A DNA stretch of 64,000 nt from Patescibacteria group bacterium. Lineage in GTDB: Bacteria; Patescibacteriota; Microgenomatia; UBA1400; PJMF01. The notes beneath the pieces were generated by a model, which was not told the origin of the DNA, searched no databases, and worked only from the letters and a program-made list of their open reading frames with translations. Position numbers and translations under genes: made by a program. Position 1 is the first letter of the stretch, and each line of letters opens with the position of its first letter. The stretch covers positions 20,919 to 84,918 of the forward strand of contig JBGTEY010000014.1 of the NCBI GenBank assembly GCA_041747555.1, given 5' to 3'. This document shows positions 35,899 through 45,507 of the stretch, piece by piece.

Positions 35899-38208
35899 CT
35901 ACCGTCTCGGACCTCTTGAGCCGCGGTCTCTGTCGCCACCTCGTGAGCCGCCACGGTTGCGATCGCCACCTCTGTAGCCGCCGCCACGTGAGCCACCTCT
36001 AGATCCGCCGCGGTCGCCGCCGCGATCTCCTCTATCACCGCCGCCGGAACGTTGTGGTTGCTTACTCTCTTCTTCTTCAGTGAGCATGGAGAGGCCGATT
36101 TTGCCGTCTTCTTTAATCTCGCTAATTCTAACGTGAGCCTTGTCGCCGACATTTACTAGATCTGCAGCGTCATTGACGTACTCTGTGGACATTTTTGAGA
36201 CATGGACTAATCCTTCTCTGCCAGGTAAGTATTCGACAAAAGCGCCGTAACTTTCTACTCTAGTAACGATTCCATCAAATGCTTCACCGACTTCCATAAC
36301 ACGCATCATGTTATTGATGAATGTGGTGGCAATGTTGATTTTTTCCTGATCTGGAGAAGAGACATTGACTAAGCCAACTTTCTTTTCCTCGTCTTCATCA
36401 ACGTTGATGTCAGCGCCGGACATTTCGATAATGCTCTTGATCATCTTTCCACCTGGACCGATCAATTCACCGATTCGCTCTTGAGGAATGGTTAGTTGAA
36501 CAATTTTTGGCGCAAACTGTGAAAGTGCGGTTCTTGGTTCTGAAATACCCTTGAGCATTTCAGCCATGATGTGCATTCGACCAGTGTGTGCTTGAGACAA
36601 TGCTTGTTCTAAGATGCTTTTTGGCAATCCTTTGAGTTTGATGTCCATTTGAATTGCGGTGATGCCCTCTGAGCTACCCGCAACCTTGAAGTCCATGTCA
36701 CCGACGTGGTCTTCAAGACCTTGAATGTCAGAAAGTACTCTGAAGGTCTTGCCATCTGAGACTAATCCCATAGCGATTCCAGCGACTGGGCGCTTGATTG
36801 GAACACCTGCAGCCATGAGTGACAAGGTTGATCCACAGACTGAAGCCTGGGATGTTGAGCCATTTGAACTCATGATTTCTGAGACAACGTGAATTGCATA
36901 CGGGAACTCTGCCTGAGACGGGATCATTGGCAGGAGTGCGCGCTCTGCGAGCGCGCCATGCCCAATTTCCCTTCGCTTCGGCCAGCCAATTCGACCAGCT
37001 TCTCCAGAAGCGTACGGAGGCATGTTGTAGTGGTGCATGTAGTGACGGGTTTCTTCGCCTTCAATACTCTCGATCAATTGACCAAGTGAAGGGTTGCCAA
37101 GTGTTGTAACGGTAACAGCTTGAGTAGCACCCCGTTTAAACATTGCTGAACCATGGGTTCTTGGAAAGACATCAACTTCTGTCCAGATTTCTCGAATTTC
37201 ATCGAGTCCTCGGCCGTCGGGACGGGTTGCGTCATCAATGATCATCTTACGAGCACCGAGCTTGAGTGAGCCGTAGACTGCACTTCCAATTTCTTTTTCG
37301 GTGTAGAGATCTTCTTCGTCTCGACCTTTGTTGAACTCTTCAAGTAATTTGGCTTCAAACTCATCGAGCTCAATAGCTTCTAGAGAACCCTTTTTCTTGG
37401 TAAGTGCTAGAATTTCTGCGGTGTGAGCCTCAAAAACAGCTTGGGTGAGTTCTTCTTGTCGTTTGTTCTGAGCAACTTCTGCTTCAGTGAGTAACTCAAC
37501 TTTCTCTTTACCGATCTCTTTGACAATTGCTTCAATATCCTTTGAAATTTTGCCAATTTCTGTCTGAGCTAAGGTGAGCGCCTCAATCATGATTGACTCT
37601 TCAATCTCATTTGCGCCAGCCTCGACCATGACGATTGCATCATGAACACCAGAAACAATTAAGTCTAAATCGCCAGCGTCTCGATTTGCATAGGTTGGGT
37701 TAATCTCAAAATTCTTGGTTGACTTAGTGTATCCAACTCGAACACCACTCAATGGACCGTCGAAGGGAATTTCTGAAATTGCCAAAGCAATGCCACTTCC
37801 AAGAAGCCCAAGCATATCAGGATCATGTTCTCCATCAAATGAGAAAACGGTGTTTACAACTTGCACTTCATTGGTAATTCCATCTGCAAACATTGGTCTG
37901 AGTGACCGGTCAATAACACGTGCTTTTAGAATTGCATCGTCGGTTGGTTTGCCGTCTCTTTTGACCCAACGGGAGCCTTTAATAACTCCAGCGGAATATA
38001 ATTTTTCAATAAATTCAACTGAAAGTGGGAAATAGCCAAGATTGACTTTTCTGCCAAGTGCAACCGTTGTATGAACGATAGTTTCACCACATTGGACGAG
38101 CACTGCTGCGCTGACTTGTTGTGAAAAGCTACCAACGGTAATTTTTACGGTTTTGTCACCAATTTTTAGGTCTTTGGTGTAGACGTCTGGGTATACAGGG
38201 TATGACAT
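35899..38208 (-). CDS. pnp: polyribonucleotide nucleotidyltransferase
   Basis: RRE IGHG, SNGSTS, DMDFKVAG, KH (GPGG) and S1 domains, RGG-rich tail; start MSYPV with AAGGA RBS. Confidence 0.96.
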   Translation of the reverse strand: MSYPVYPDVYTKDLKIGDKTVKITVGSFSQQVSAAVLVQCGETIVHTTVALGRKVNLGYFPLSVEFIEKLYSAGVIKGSRWVKRDGKPTDDAILKARVIDRSLRPMFADGITNEVQVVNTVFSFDGEHDPDMLGLLGSGIALAISEIPFDGPLSGVRVGYTKSTKNFEINPTYANRDAGDLDLIVSGVHDAIVMVEAGANEIEESIMIEALTLAQTEIGKISKDIEAIVKEIGKEKVELLTEAEVAQNKRQEELTQAVFEAHTAEILALTKKKGSLEAIELDEFEAKLLEEFNKGRDEEDLYTEKEIGSAVYGSLKLGARKMIIDDATRPDGRGLDEIREIWTEVDVFPRTHGSAMFKRGATQAVTVTTLGNPSLGQLIESIEGEETRHYMHHYNMPPYASGEAGRIGWPKRREIGHGALAERALLPMIPSQAEFPYAIHVVSEIMSSNGSTSQASVCGSTLSLMAAGVPIKRPVAGIAMGLVSDGKTFRVLSDIQGLEDHVGDMDFKVAGSSEGITAIQMDIKLKGLPKSILEQALSQAHTGRMHIMAEMLKGISEPRTALSQFAPKIVQLTIPQERIGELIGPGGKMIKSIIEMSGADINVDEDEEKKVGLVNVSSPDQEKINIATTFINNMMRVMEVGEAFDGIVTRVESYGAFVEYLPGREGLVHVSKMSTEYVNDAADLVNVGDKAHVRISEIKEDGKIGLSMLTEEEESKQPQRSGGGDRGDRGGDRGGSRGGSRGGGYRGGDRNRGGSRGGDRDRGSRGPRR

Positions 38209-38222
38209 GTATTCCTTCTCCT

Positions 38223-38322
38223 GCCTCAACAATCGTCGTGGATTTTGAAGAGTACTCCGGAGAGGAAACAAGATCTTCTTATTTGCTCTCTCGAATCCTC
38301 AGACCACGGGACGTGCTGCGGC
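38223..38322 (-). promoter_or_regulatory. long stem-loop in pnp 5' leader
   Basis: Nested complementary blocks on minus strand with G-U pairs; TGGTACAAT promoter at 38342-38350. Confidence 0.65.
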
Positions 38323-38402
38323 ATAATTTATATGTAAGTGTATTGTACCACGGGTTTTAGGAGGTTATTCTCACGGGAGGTCAGCAGAACGTGAAACTGT
38401 CC

Positions 38403-38957
38403 TCAATGTACCATGTTCATCACGCCCTCAATTTTCCAGACCTCGTTATTTTTTTCCCACAGTAAAATATTCAAACTCTGCTGGTCAAAGTAGTGAAGGT
38501 GCAATCTCACGCCAGCGAGAGTATTTTCTTCTCCCGTGTTTGGATTTGGAGAGAAAGCTGCTGCTTCTAGTTCATAGTGATCAATTTCTGTCTCCAAATT
38601 TAGGAATGTTTGTAGTCCTTTTCGATCAATAACACCATTTGAAAAGTGACGTGCAACTGCGCCTTCAGAAAAAAATTCTGTTACATCAACATCCTGGTCA
38701 CCTTCTTCATTTATAATCAGTGTCAGGGCATCTGCAAACGCAGCTGATTTCTCAGCCAGCACAATCGTTTCTTCATCACGTTGCGCTGCACTTTCGACCA
38801 TTTCTTCGGTGAGCCAGGTACTATCAGTTGACTGGACTTCTTGAGAAGACGGTGGATACATTTTGCCGTCCGTATAAATGAGATATGCCCCGAGTGCAAA
38901 CCCAGCGACGACTACAGTAGCAACTGTCTGAATGCTAATTTTTCCAAATATTCTCAT
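38403..38957 (-). CDS. membrane-anchored hypothetical protein
   Basis: N-terminal TM; C-terminal WKI suggests NTF2-like fold (weak). Confidence 0.6.
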   Translation of the reverse strand: MRIFGKISIQTVATVVVAGFALGAYLIYTDGKMYPPSSQEVQSTDSTWLTEEMVESAAQRDEETIVLAEKSAAFADALTLIINEEGDQDVDVTEFFSEGAVARHFSNGVIDRKGLQTFLNLETEIDHYELEAAAFSPNPNTGEENTLAGVRLHLHYFDQQSLNILLWEKNNEVWKIEGVMNMVH

Positions 38958-38973
38958 CGAGTCAATCTAGTAT

Positions 38974-39618
38974 TTATGACTTGTGTTTAGCTAGAGTGTA
39001 TCCGGACAAGGCTAGAGCAGCAACTACCCCCACCCAGAGCAAAGACTGGCTTCCTTCTTCATCCGCTATACCTTGATCGGTGTCATCTGATACATCGTCC
39101 ACGACTTCAGTAGAAGAGTATGGGTTTGGAGCATCATCACCTGCTTCTTCACCGTTGTGCTGTTCGTATTCATCGAGCATAGCGGGACTTGCATCCCAAG
39201 CTACGACCTCTCCATCCGCATACGTTTGGTATGCTTTCCAAACTAACTCACCTTCTTCAAGTGGAGCTTGAGCATTGAACATTAAAACGTCCATTTGATC
39301 TGCGGGAATTGAGCCGTTCGACCAAATGATTTCAGTGATTGTGTCTGATGCATCATCCCTGACAATTTCAATATCCCAACCTTCAGCAACATGGGGGCGT
39401 ACACTCTGAAGACCAGCGGGTATCTGGAGCGACACTTGCGTGGTTGGCACGTCTTTTTCTGTAGGGACGTTAATGACAAATGTTTCCCTGCTCGCAACTC
39501 CAACGGTTTTTGGTCTGACCACCACGTGCGCGTCGACATGGTGGGTGAAAAAAACTGATGCTGATAAGAGTGCGATGGGAATTACGAGAATTTTTTTAAA
39601 TTTCATATACCATTCCAT
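38974..39618 (-). CDS. YcnI/DUF1775 copper-binding membrane protein
   Basis: Signal peptide VDA|HVVV, VPTEKD, GWDI, WKAYQTYADGEVVAW, C-terminal TM. Confidence 0.9.
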   Translation of the reverse strand: MEWYMKFKKILVIPIALLSASVFFTHHVDAHVVVRPKTVGVASRETFVINVPTEKDVPTTQVSLQIPAGLQSVRPHVAEGWDIEIVRDDASDTITEIIWSNGSIPADQMDVLMFNAQAPLEEGELVWKAYQTYADGEVVAWDASPAMLDEYEQHNGEEAGDDAPNPYSSTEVVDDVSDDTDQGIADEEGSQSLLWVGVVAALALSGYTLAKHKS

Positions 39619-39669
39619 ATGTGTAAATACTTGCGTTAGTGTACCACGGGTGTCCCGACATTCACATGA

Positions 39670-40257
39670 TTAATTATTTATTTTTTGATTATTCATAACT
39701 ACAAACGGCAGTCCCACCATTACCACAACACCTATTAAGGATAGCAAAAACTGAGCTGCAGTTCTCTGGGATTCACCATCAGCTAAAAAAGACCTTTTTT
39801 GAGTACTTGCTTCATCTGGTACTTTCGTCATTGCGCCAGAATTTCTCGCCACACGAATTGAGTACTCTAACAAAAATGGTGAAAATGACTCACCAGAGGT
39901 TGGTGATCCTTCAACAATCAATTCGTAGACGCCAGTCTCTGGAAACGTGACCACTGCTGTGCCTCTTTGGACACTTCTAGCAACAGCGTCATCCTCAAGT
40001 TGAACGGTCGATATAGTCTCACCTGACCGCTTCAAAGACAGTGTGCAGTCACACTCCTGCAATCGCATTTTCTCAGCCGTGTCTTTGAAAGATAGAACTA
40101 GCGTTGTCGCTTCGCCTGCTGCTGGATCGTCTTGAGGTAAAATATGGAGCACCGCTCCCACAGTGCCTTCTGATTTGAGTACATGAGCTTGAGTTTGATG
40201 AGGAATGCTCAATCCAAATACGCAGACCACTGATAAAATTGCAATCAGTTTTTTCAT
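39670..40257 (-). CDS. secreted Ig-like protein with N-terminal His and C-terminal TM
   Basis: TQA|HVLK...LHILPQDDP, FPETGVYEL, C-terminal TM. Confidence 0.65.
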   Translation of the reverse strand: MKKLIAILSVVCVFGLSIPHQTQAHVLKSEGTVGAVLHILPQDDPAAGEATTLVLSFKDTAEKMRLQECDCTLSLKRSGETISTVQLEDDAVARSVQRGTAVVTFPETGVYELIVEGSPTSGESFSPFLLEYSIRVARNSGAMTKVPDEASTQKRSFLADGESQRTAAQFLLSLIGVVVMVGLPFVVMNNQKINN

Positions 40258-41018
40258 TAAACTAATCCCTCCTTAACCGCAACGCCATGCATCACTGCCA
40301 ACCAAATGAAAAATGCAAGAAATAATCCCGTCACCAGTGAGAAAAATATGCGCACTGGACCGTTGTATACCTGTTTTTCTCGAAGAAATATATCAAAACG
40401 ATTTGCCTCGAGTGAAATCAAAAATGCCAATGCCACATACATCCCACTCATAAACAAACCAAATCGATCTGCAAAATGCGATCCAAGCATCCACGCGTGC
40501 ATCAGCAAAAACACTCCTGCCACATACACTAATCTATGCAATAATTTCCATCTTCGATAGGTAAGCCGTGCCACTGCCGCATCAAAAGAAGTAATCGTCA
40601 TTAAAAATAAAATACAGAGCGCGCTAAAACTCAAAATAATTGCCAAACGATACGTATTGTCCAGAAATTGCACTCCAGCAAAACCACCCAACTGCCCAAA
40701 AAATGCAATTCCTCCATGGAGTGCACCATAGAAAAAAACTAATTGTCCTAGTGCTCTTCTGCCACGCTTGAGGAGTCCAGCACTTGGAAACTTGGGAAAT
40801 GCCAGTGTCAGCGGTGAAATCAGCAGGGTCAGGTACAACAAGCCAAATGCAAACAGCGCATACCCTTGTTGCAATTTAAAAATCACACCTGCTTGAGACG
40901 GTATAAAAAACTGCGCATACGCGAACAATCCTACAGCCACCAAAAAACCACCACTCAAAATCTTAGCGCGAATGGAATTCAGAACATTGTTGCTTTTGGG
41001 GGGCACTTCACCACTCAT
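40257..41018 (-). CDS. ferric reductase-like/MsrQ-like heme b membrane protein
   Basis: LTLLISPL, RRALG...YGALH, ITS, WKLLHRLVY...LMH. Confidence 0.85.
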   Translation of the reverse strand: MSGEVPPKSNNVLNSIRAKILSGGFLVAVGLFAYAQFFIPSQAGVIFKLQQGYALFAFGLLYLTLLISPLTLAFPKFPSAGLLKRGRRALGQLVFFYGALHGGIAFFGQLGGFAGVQFLDNTYRLAIILSFSALCILFLMTITSFDAAVARLTYRRWKLLHRLVYVAGVFLLMHAWMLGSHFADRFGLFMSGMYVALAFLISLEANRFDIFLREKQVYNGPVRIFFSLVTGLFLAFFIWLAVMHGVAVKEGLV

Positions 41019-41067
41019 ATCAGTGAAATTATACCCTGCAGATAAGCGTTCGGTAGGAAGAAATCAA

Positions 41068-41337
41068 TTACTTGCTCAAACCCAAGCTATCAATCAGCTT
41101 GCGGTATCGCTCTTCGCTGCGCTCAAGTAAGAAATTGAGCAAACGACGTCTCTTAGCAACTTGCTTGAGGAGACCTCGGCGAGAGTGATTGTCTTTTTTG
41201 TGTGATGAAAGATGCTCGGTGAGCTCTTGAACAGATGCAGTGAGAAGTGCAATTTGCACTTCTGGTGAACCTGTGTCACCTTCGAACAACTGGTAATCAG
41301 TGATGATCTGTTGTTTTTGTTTTTTTGTTAGAGCCAT
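41068..41337 (-). CDS. rpsO: 30S ribosomal protein S15
   Basis: [25 protein letters not shown]. Confidence 0.97.
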   Translation of the reverse strand: MALTKKQKQQIITDYQLFEGDTGSPEVQIALLTASVQELTEHLSSHKKDNHSRRGLLKQVAKRRRLLNFLLERSEERYRKLIDSLGLSK

Positions 41338-41452
41338 GGTATTCCTTTCGTGTTTCCCGTTCTGGCTCAGCGTTTGCCGATACAGACAGTGACCATGTAT
41401 GTTTTACTATCTACTATTATATCATGTTTTGAGGAGTTCAGCTATGTGTCGC

Positions 41453-42925
41453 TTAATCTTCATCCTGAATTTTATATGCGATCAAAATATCGCCAACCTG
41501 AAAATCAAGTTTCTTATTCTTAAACGTCATGCCAAATTCACTCTTGGCTGTTACTTGGGTGATTTCTTCCTTGCCATGCATCATTGATTTGATGACTGGG
41601 TTTGCAATTATTTCGTCTTCACGCTTGAGGTGGAGGAGGTCATTTTTCTTAAATTCGCCGGTTTTGACCTTGCTACCCGCGATCAATTGACCCTTCATCT
41701 CGAAAATCTGCAATATTTCAGCTTCACCGGTCACGACTTCATCAATGGTGGGCTCGATGAGTTTAAGCATTTGTTTTTGCAGTTGCTCGATGAGTTCGTA
41801 AATAATGTTGTAGGATTTGATCCTGACACCGGCTTTTTTGGCTAATCGGACGATTTGCTTGGGAACTTTAGTATGAAATGAAATAATTGTTGCGCCACTT
41901 GCTTCTGCGAGCTCAAGGTCGCGCTCGGTTACTTGACCAAGGCCTGAGCTGAGTAATTCAGTGCTGTCATCATCTAAATTCTGCAAAATTGCCTCGAGTG
42001 TGCCTTCTGTGTCTGCTTTGATGATTAACGGTAATTTTGGCTTGTCTTCGAGCATGGCTGCGAAGTCGAGGCCTTCGAATTCTGCCTCTTCTGATTCTTC
42101 TGACGTCGCTTCTTCAACTACTTCAGCTTGAGCATATTCAGCATGCTGATCTCTGACAACCGACCCAACACTCGGCACATCATTAAATCCAATAATCTGC
42201 GCGGGATATCCTGGCTTCACGTCATGGAGCTGCTCACCAACTTCGTTTGAGAGTAATTTAATTCTGCCAGTCACTTCTTCTGAAATCACATCTTGTTTGA
42301 CGGATAACGTACCCTGTTGAACGATTACATTGGCTACTGTTCCTCGCTGCTTATCTTTGCTCGATTCAATCACGACTGCCTCAAGCGGTGCTGCGGGATC
42401 AGCCTTAAGTTCAAGTAACTCCGCCATGACTTGGATAGTTTCAAGTAGTTTGTCGACACCTTTGCCTGTTTTTGCAGAAATTTCAACAGTTTCGATATCA
42501 CCACCATAATCCGTAACAACAAGTTCATGCTCGGCGAGTTGGGATTTTGCGACTTCTGGATTGACGTCTGGGAGGTCAATTTTATTTATCGCAACCAAAA
42601 CCGGAACCTTGGCGCTTTTGATGTGTCTAATTGACTCAATCGTTTGTGGTTTTACACCGTCATTTGCGGCAACAACCAAGATTACTAAATCAGTAACTTG
42701 AGAGCCTCGCTCACGCATTCTATTGAATGCCGCATGACCTGGCGTATCAATAAAGGTAAGTGCTTTGCCTTTAAAATCAATGCTGTACGCACCGATATGT
42801 TGAGTGATACCACCCGCTTCTCCAGCTGCAACCCTCGCGTTTCTGATGTAATCCAAGAGCGTTGTCTTGCCGTGGTCGACATGGCCCATGATAGTGATTA
42901 CTGGTGGTCGCGCTTGTGATGCCAT
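41453..42925 (-). CDS. infB: translation initiation factor IF-2 (short, no N-terminal extension)
   Basis: RPPVITIMGHVDHGKTTL, GGITQHIGA, DTPGHAAF, NKID. Confidence 0.96.
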   Translation of the reverse strand: MASQARPPVITIMGHVDHGKTTLLDYIRNARVAAGEAGGITQHIGAYSIDFKGKALTFIDTPGHAAFNRMRERGSQVTDLVILVVAANDGVKPQTIESIRHIKSAKVPVLVAINKIDLPDVNPEVAKSQLAEHELVVTDYGGDIETVEISAKTGKGVDKLLETIQVMAELLELKADPAAPLEAVVIESSKDKQRGTVANVIVQQGTLSVKQDVISEEVTGRIKLLSNEVGEQLHDVKPGYPAQIIGFNDVPSVGSVVRDQHAEYAQAEVVEEATSEESEEAEFEGLDFAAMLEDKPKLPLIIKADTEGTLEAILQNLDDDSTELLSSGLGQVTERDLELAEASGATIISFHTKVPKQIVRLAKKAGVRIKSYNIIYELIEQLQKQMLKLIEPTIDEVVTGEAEILQIFEMKGQLIAGSKVKTGEFKKNDLLHLKREDEIIANPVIKSMMHGKEEITQVTAKSEFGMTFKNKKLDFQVGDILIAYKIQDED

Positions 42926-42928
42926 AGA

Positions 42929-44323
42929 TTATTCGGTGTCGGTCTTTGGTTCTTTTTCTGTTTCTACTTTTTCTTCTGAACTTTCTGCTGCAACTTCTTG
43001 TGAAGAGCCTTCAACTGCTGATTCTGAGAAATCTTCCATGTTGGCAAATGCTTCTGCTCTTGCCTGGAATGCAGCTTCGCGTTCTTCTTGCTCTTTCTCA
43101 AATTCACCGACTCTATCGATAAGGAGCTGCATCTGATCTTCTGGCAACTCAAACTCTTCCCATTTGTCTCTAAATCGAGCTAAATCTGCGAGTGTGGTGA
43201 GTTTGTGCTCAATTAATTGTTCTCGTGTCTCTTCTGCTAATCCTTTGAAAGTGTCGATTTCGTACTCTTCTTCACCAGTCGCATGAGATTGAACGGTGCC
43301 TGCGGCTGATTTGACCGTAATTTTGTAGCCAGTTAGTTTGGCTGCAAGTCGGGCATTTTGACCACCTCGACCAATTGCGAGCGAAAGTTGATCGTCAGGA
43401 GCGGTGACAACGACGGCTTTTTTATCTTCATCAATTTCAATCAATAAGTTTTCTGCAGGAGCGAGTGCACCCTGGAAAAGCACGGTTTTATTGTCGCTAA
43501 ATGGAATAATATCAATTTTCTCGTTGTTGAGCTCTCTAATGACTTCTTGGACACGAACACCACGTTGTCCAACACAAGAACCAACAGGATCGACACCTTC
43601 TTGGGTTGATCTAACAGCTAATTTGGTCCTGACACCTGCTTCTCGGGCAATAAGGGCAATGTCAACTGCACCTGATGCAACTTCGGGAACTTCCCGCTCA
43701 AATAATTTAGCTACAAGATTTTTATCTGCTCGACTGACAATAATCGCGCGACCTTTGTAGGTCTCCCGAATGTCTTTGATAAGCACTGTAATTCGAGTAT
43801 TTACTCGGTAAAATTCACCCCGCATCTGCTCCTCTGGAGGCATAATGCCGTGACCTCGACCGATATCCAGCACAACTGATCTGCCATTCATGCGCAAAAT
43901 TTGCGCACTGACGATTTCTCCGAGTTTTTCTGAGTAATCGGCAATGATTTTGTCTTTTTCTGATTCTCTGATTTTCTGCAAAATAACCTGCTTGGCTGTT
44001 TGCGCGGCAATTCGACCAAATCCTGGAGGCGTGACCTCAACAGCTTTTGACTCATCCCAGGCGAGAATTTCTTCTGTTTCTTCGTCTTGTTCGGTAATTG
44101 GGGCTTTGAAAATATGGGATTCGCCGGTACCGGTGTCTAGTTTAACAAAATAATAGGCTTCTTCTTCGAGTCCACCAAATTGTTTTCGGTACGCTGAAAT
44201 AAGTGCCTGACGAATAGCTTCGTAGATAGATTCTGGCTCAATTTTGCGCTCGTTTGCAATTTGATTAATTGCTGCCGCAAATTCTGTTCGAATCATTTGT
44301 CCGGATGCGCCCTGCATTTGCAT
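42929..44323 (-). CDS. nusA: transcription factor NusA
   Basis: FGRIAAQTAKQ, EVPEV, DPVGSCVGQRG, LAIGRGGQNARLA. Confidence 0.96.
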   Translation of the reverse strand: MQMQGASGQMIRTEFAAAINQIANERKIEPESIYEAIRQALISAYRKQFGGLEEEAYYFVKLDTGTGESHIFKAPITEQDEETEEILAWDESKAVEVTPPGFGRIAAQTAKQVILQKIRESEKDKIIADYSEKLGEIVSAQILRMNGRSVVLDIGRGHGIMPPEEQMRGEFYRVNTRITVLIKDIRETYKGRAIIVSRADKNLVAKLFEREVPEVASGAVDIALIAREAGVRTKLAVRSTQEGVDPVGSCVGQRGVRVQEVIRELNNEKIDIIPFSDNKTVLFQGALAPAENLLIEIDEDKKAVVVTAPDDQLSLAIGRGGQNARLAAKLTGYKITVKSAAGTVQSHATGEEEYEIDTFKGLAEETREQLIEHKLTTLADLARFRDKWEEFELPEDQMQLLIDRVGEFEKEQEEREAAFQARAEAFANMEDFSESAVEGSSQEVAAESSEEKVETEKEPKTDTE

Positions 44324-44361
44324 AAGTTCCTTGTAACATTAGTAACATTATTTTTGTGATC

Positions 44362-44389
44362 AAAAAAGAGCTCAACGGTGGAGCTCTTC
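44362..44389 (-). terminator. terminator-like hairpin in nusA leader (putative attenuator)
   Basis: Minus strand AGAGCTC-CACCGTT-GAGCTCT-TTTTT between TGCTATAAT (44408-44416) and the nusA start. Confidence 0.7.
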
Positions 44390-44466
44390 TGTCACAAGCT
44401 GAGTACTATTATAGCAAAAAATTAGCCAGAGAGCAACCGAGCTGTACGCTTACTAAATTGCCTAGA

Positions 44467-44625
44467 CTACTTTTCTTCTTTAGCGACCGTAGGAAGAGGA
44501 GTAGATGCAATTTCTTCCCTTTGTTCTGGGCTTAATTTAGATATAGCTTTTGTGATTTCCGCAATCTGATCAACCGCTTCATCTACTAGCTGTTTATCCG
44601 AAGGTAATGGGTATTGTTTCTCCAT
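44467..44625 (-). CDS. 52-aa small hypothetical protein, not in ORF track
   Basis: MEKQYPLPSDKQLVDEAVDQIAEITKAISKLSPEQREEIASTPLPTVAKEEK*, GGGAG RBS, fills the dnaJ-nusA gap. Confidence 0.5.
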   Translation of the reverse strand: MEKQYPLPSDKQLVDEAVDQIAEITKAISKLSPEQREEIASTPLPTVAKEEK

Positions 44626-44640
44626 AATTACTATTCTCCC

Positions 44641-45501
44641 CTACAACCCGGATTTTTGCAACTCACCCAGGATTGACTTTTGCTCTTTGGTGAGCGTTTC
44701 AGGTGTCTCGATTATCATTCTGACATACAAATCACCTCGTCCACCGCCGCGAAGCCGAGGGAAGCCTTCTTCCCTGAGTCGAACCATGGTGTGTGACTGG
44801 GTGCCGGGGCGGATTTTAAGTTTTAGTTTATCTTTCACCGTCTCTACTTCAGTTGTACCACCAAGTGCGGCGAGGGAAAAGGAGATTTTTTGATCAACAA
44901 ATAAATCATAGTTATCACGCTTAAACTTAGGATGCGTCTGAACATTAATCGTGACATCAAAATCATCAAATCTAATTCTGGTGCCATCATTTGCGCCTGC
45001 AGGGATTTTAATGGTATGTTTCTTATCTTCAATTTCAACTTCTTTTGAAACGCCCTCAAATGCTTCCATAAACGTAATCGTTATCGAGTACCGCTTCCTC
45101 CGCGCTGCTTGACCAAATCCGCCTCCAAAAAACTGCTCAAAAATATCAAATGGGTCATTGAAATCCATATTCTCAAATGGATTTTGCCCAGAACCTGAGT
45201 AGGTATAGGTAAATGGACCCTGTCGCGCACCACCAGCAAATGGATTGCCGCCCATTCCACTTGAAGGATCAAAAGCAGCGTGACCAAATTGGTCATATTT
45301 TTGACGTTTTTCTTTGTCAGAAAGAATCTGATATGCCGCGTTTATTTCTTTAAACTTGGTTTCTGCGTCTTCTTTGTCTTTGCCTTGATGTTTATCAGGG
45401 TGCCACTTGAGAGCAAGCTTGCGATATGCACTCTTAATATCAGCTTCAGATGCTGTTTTTGCAACACCAAGAATTTCGTAGTAGTCACGCTGTGTAGCCA
45501 T
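44641..45501 (-). CDS. dnaJ: DnaJ class II (no zinc finger)
   Basis: J domain with HPD, G/F region, C-terminal domain; no CxxCxGxG repeats. Confidence 0.9.
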   Translation of the reverse strand: MATQRDYYEILGVAKTASEADIKSAYRKLALKWHPDKHQGKDKEDAETKFKEINAAYQILSDKEKRQKYDQFGHAAFDPSSGMGGNPFAGGARQGPFTYTYSGSGQNPFENMDFNDPFDIFEQFFGGGFGQAARRKRYSITITFMEAFEGVSKEVEIEDKKHTIKIPAGANDGTRIRFDDFDVTINVQTHPKFKRDNYDLFVDQKISFSLAALGGTTEVETVKDKLKLKIRPGTQSHTMVRLREEGFPRLRGGGRGDLYVRMIIETPETLTKEQKSILGELQKSGL

Positions 45502-45507
45502 ACTTGA

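Noticed and set aside
35905-36050. GC-rich short repeats at the pnp 3' end
   Set aside because: They encode the RGG/GDR low-complexity tail of PNPase; not a CRISPR or DNA repeat element
41453-42925. Short IF2 as a truncation
   Set aside because: G-domain and C-domains are complete; N-terminally short IF2 is usual in reduced genomes
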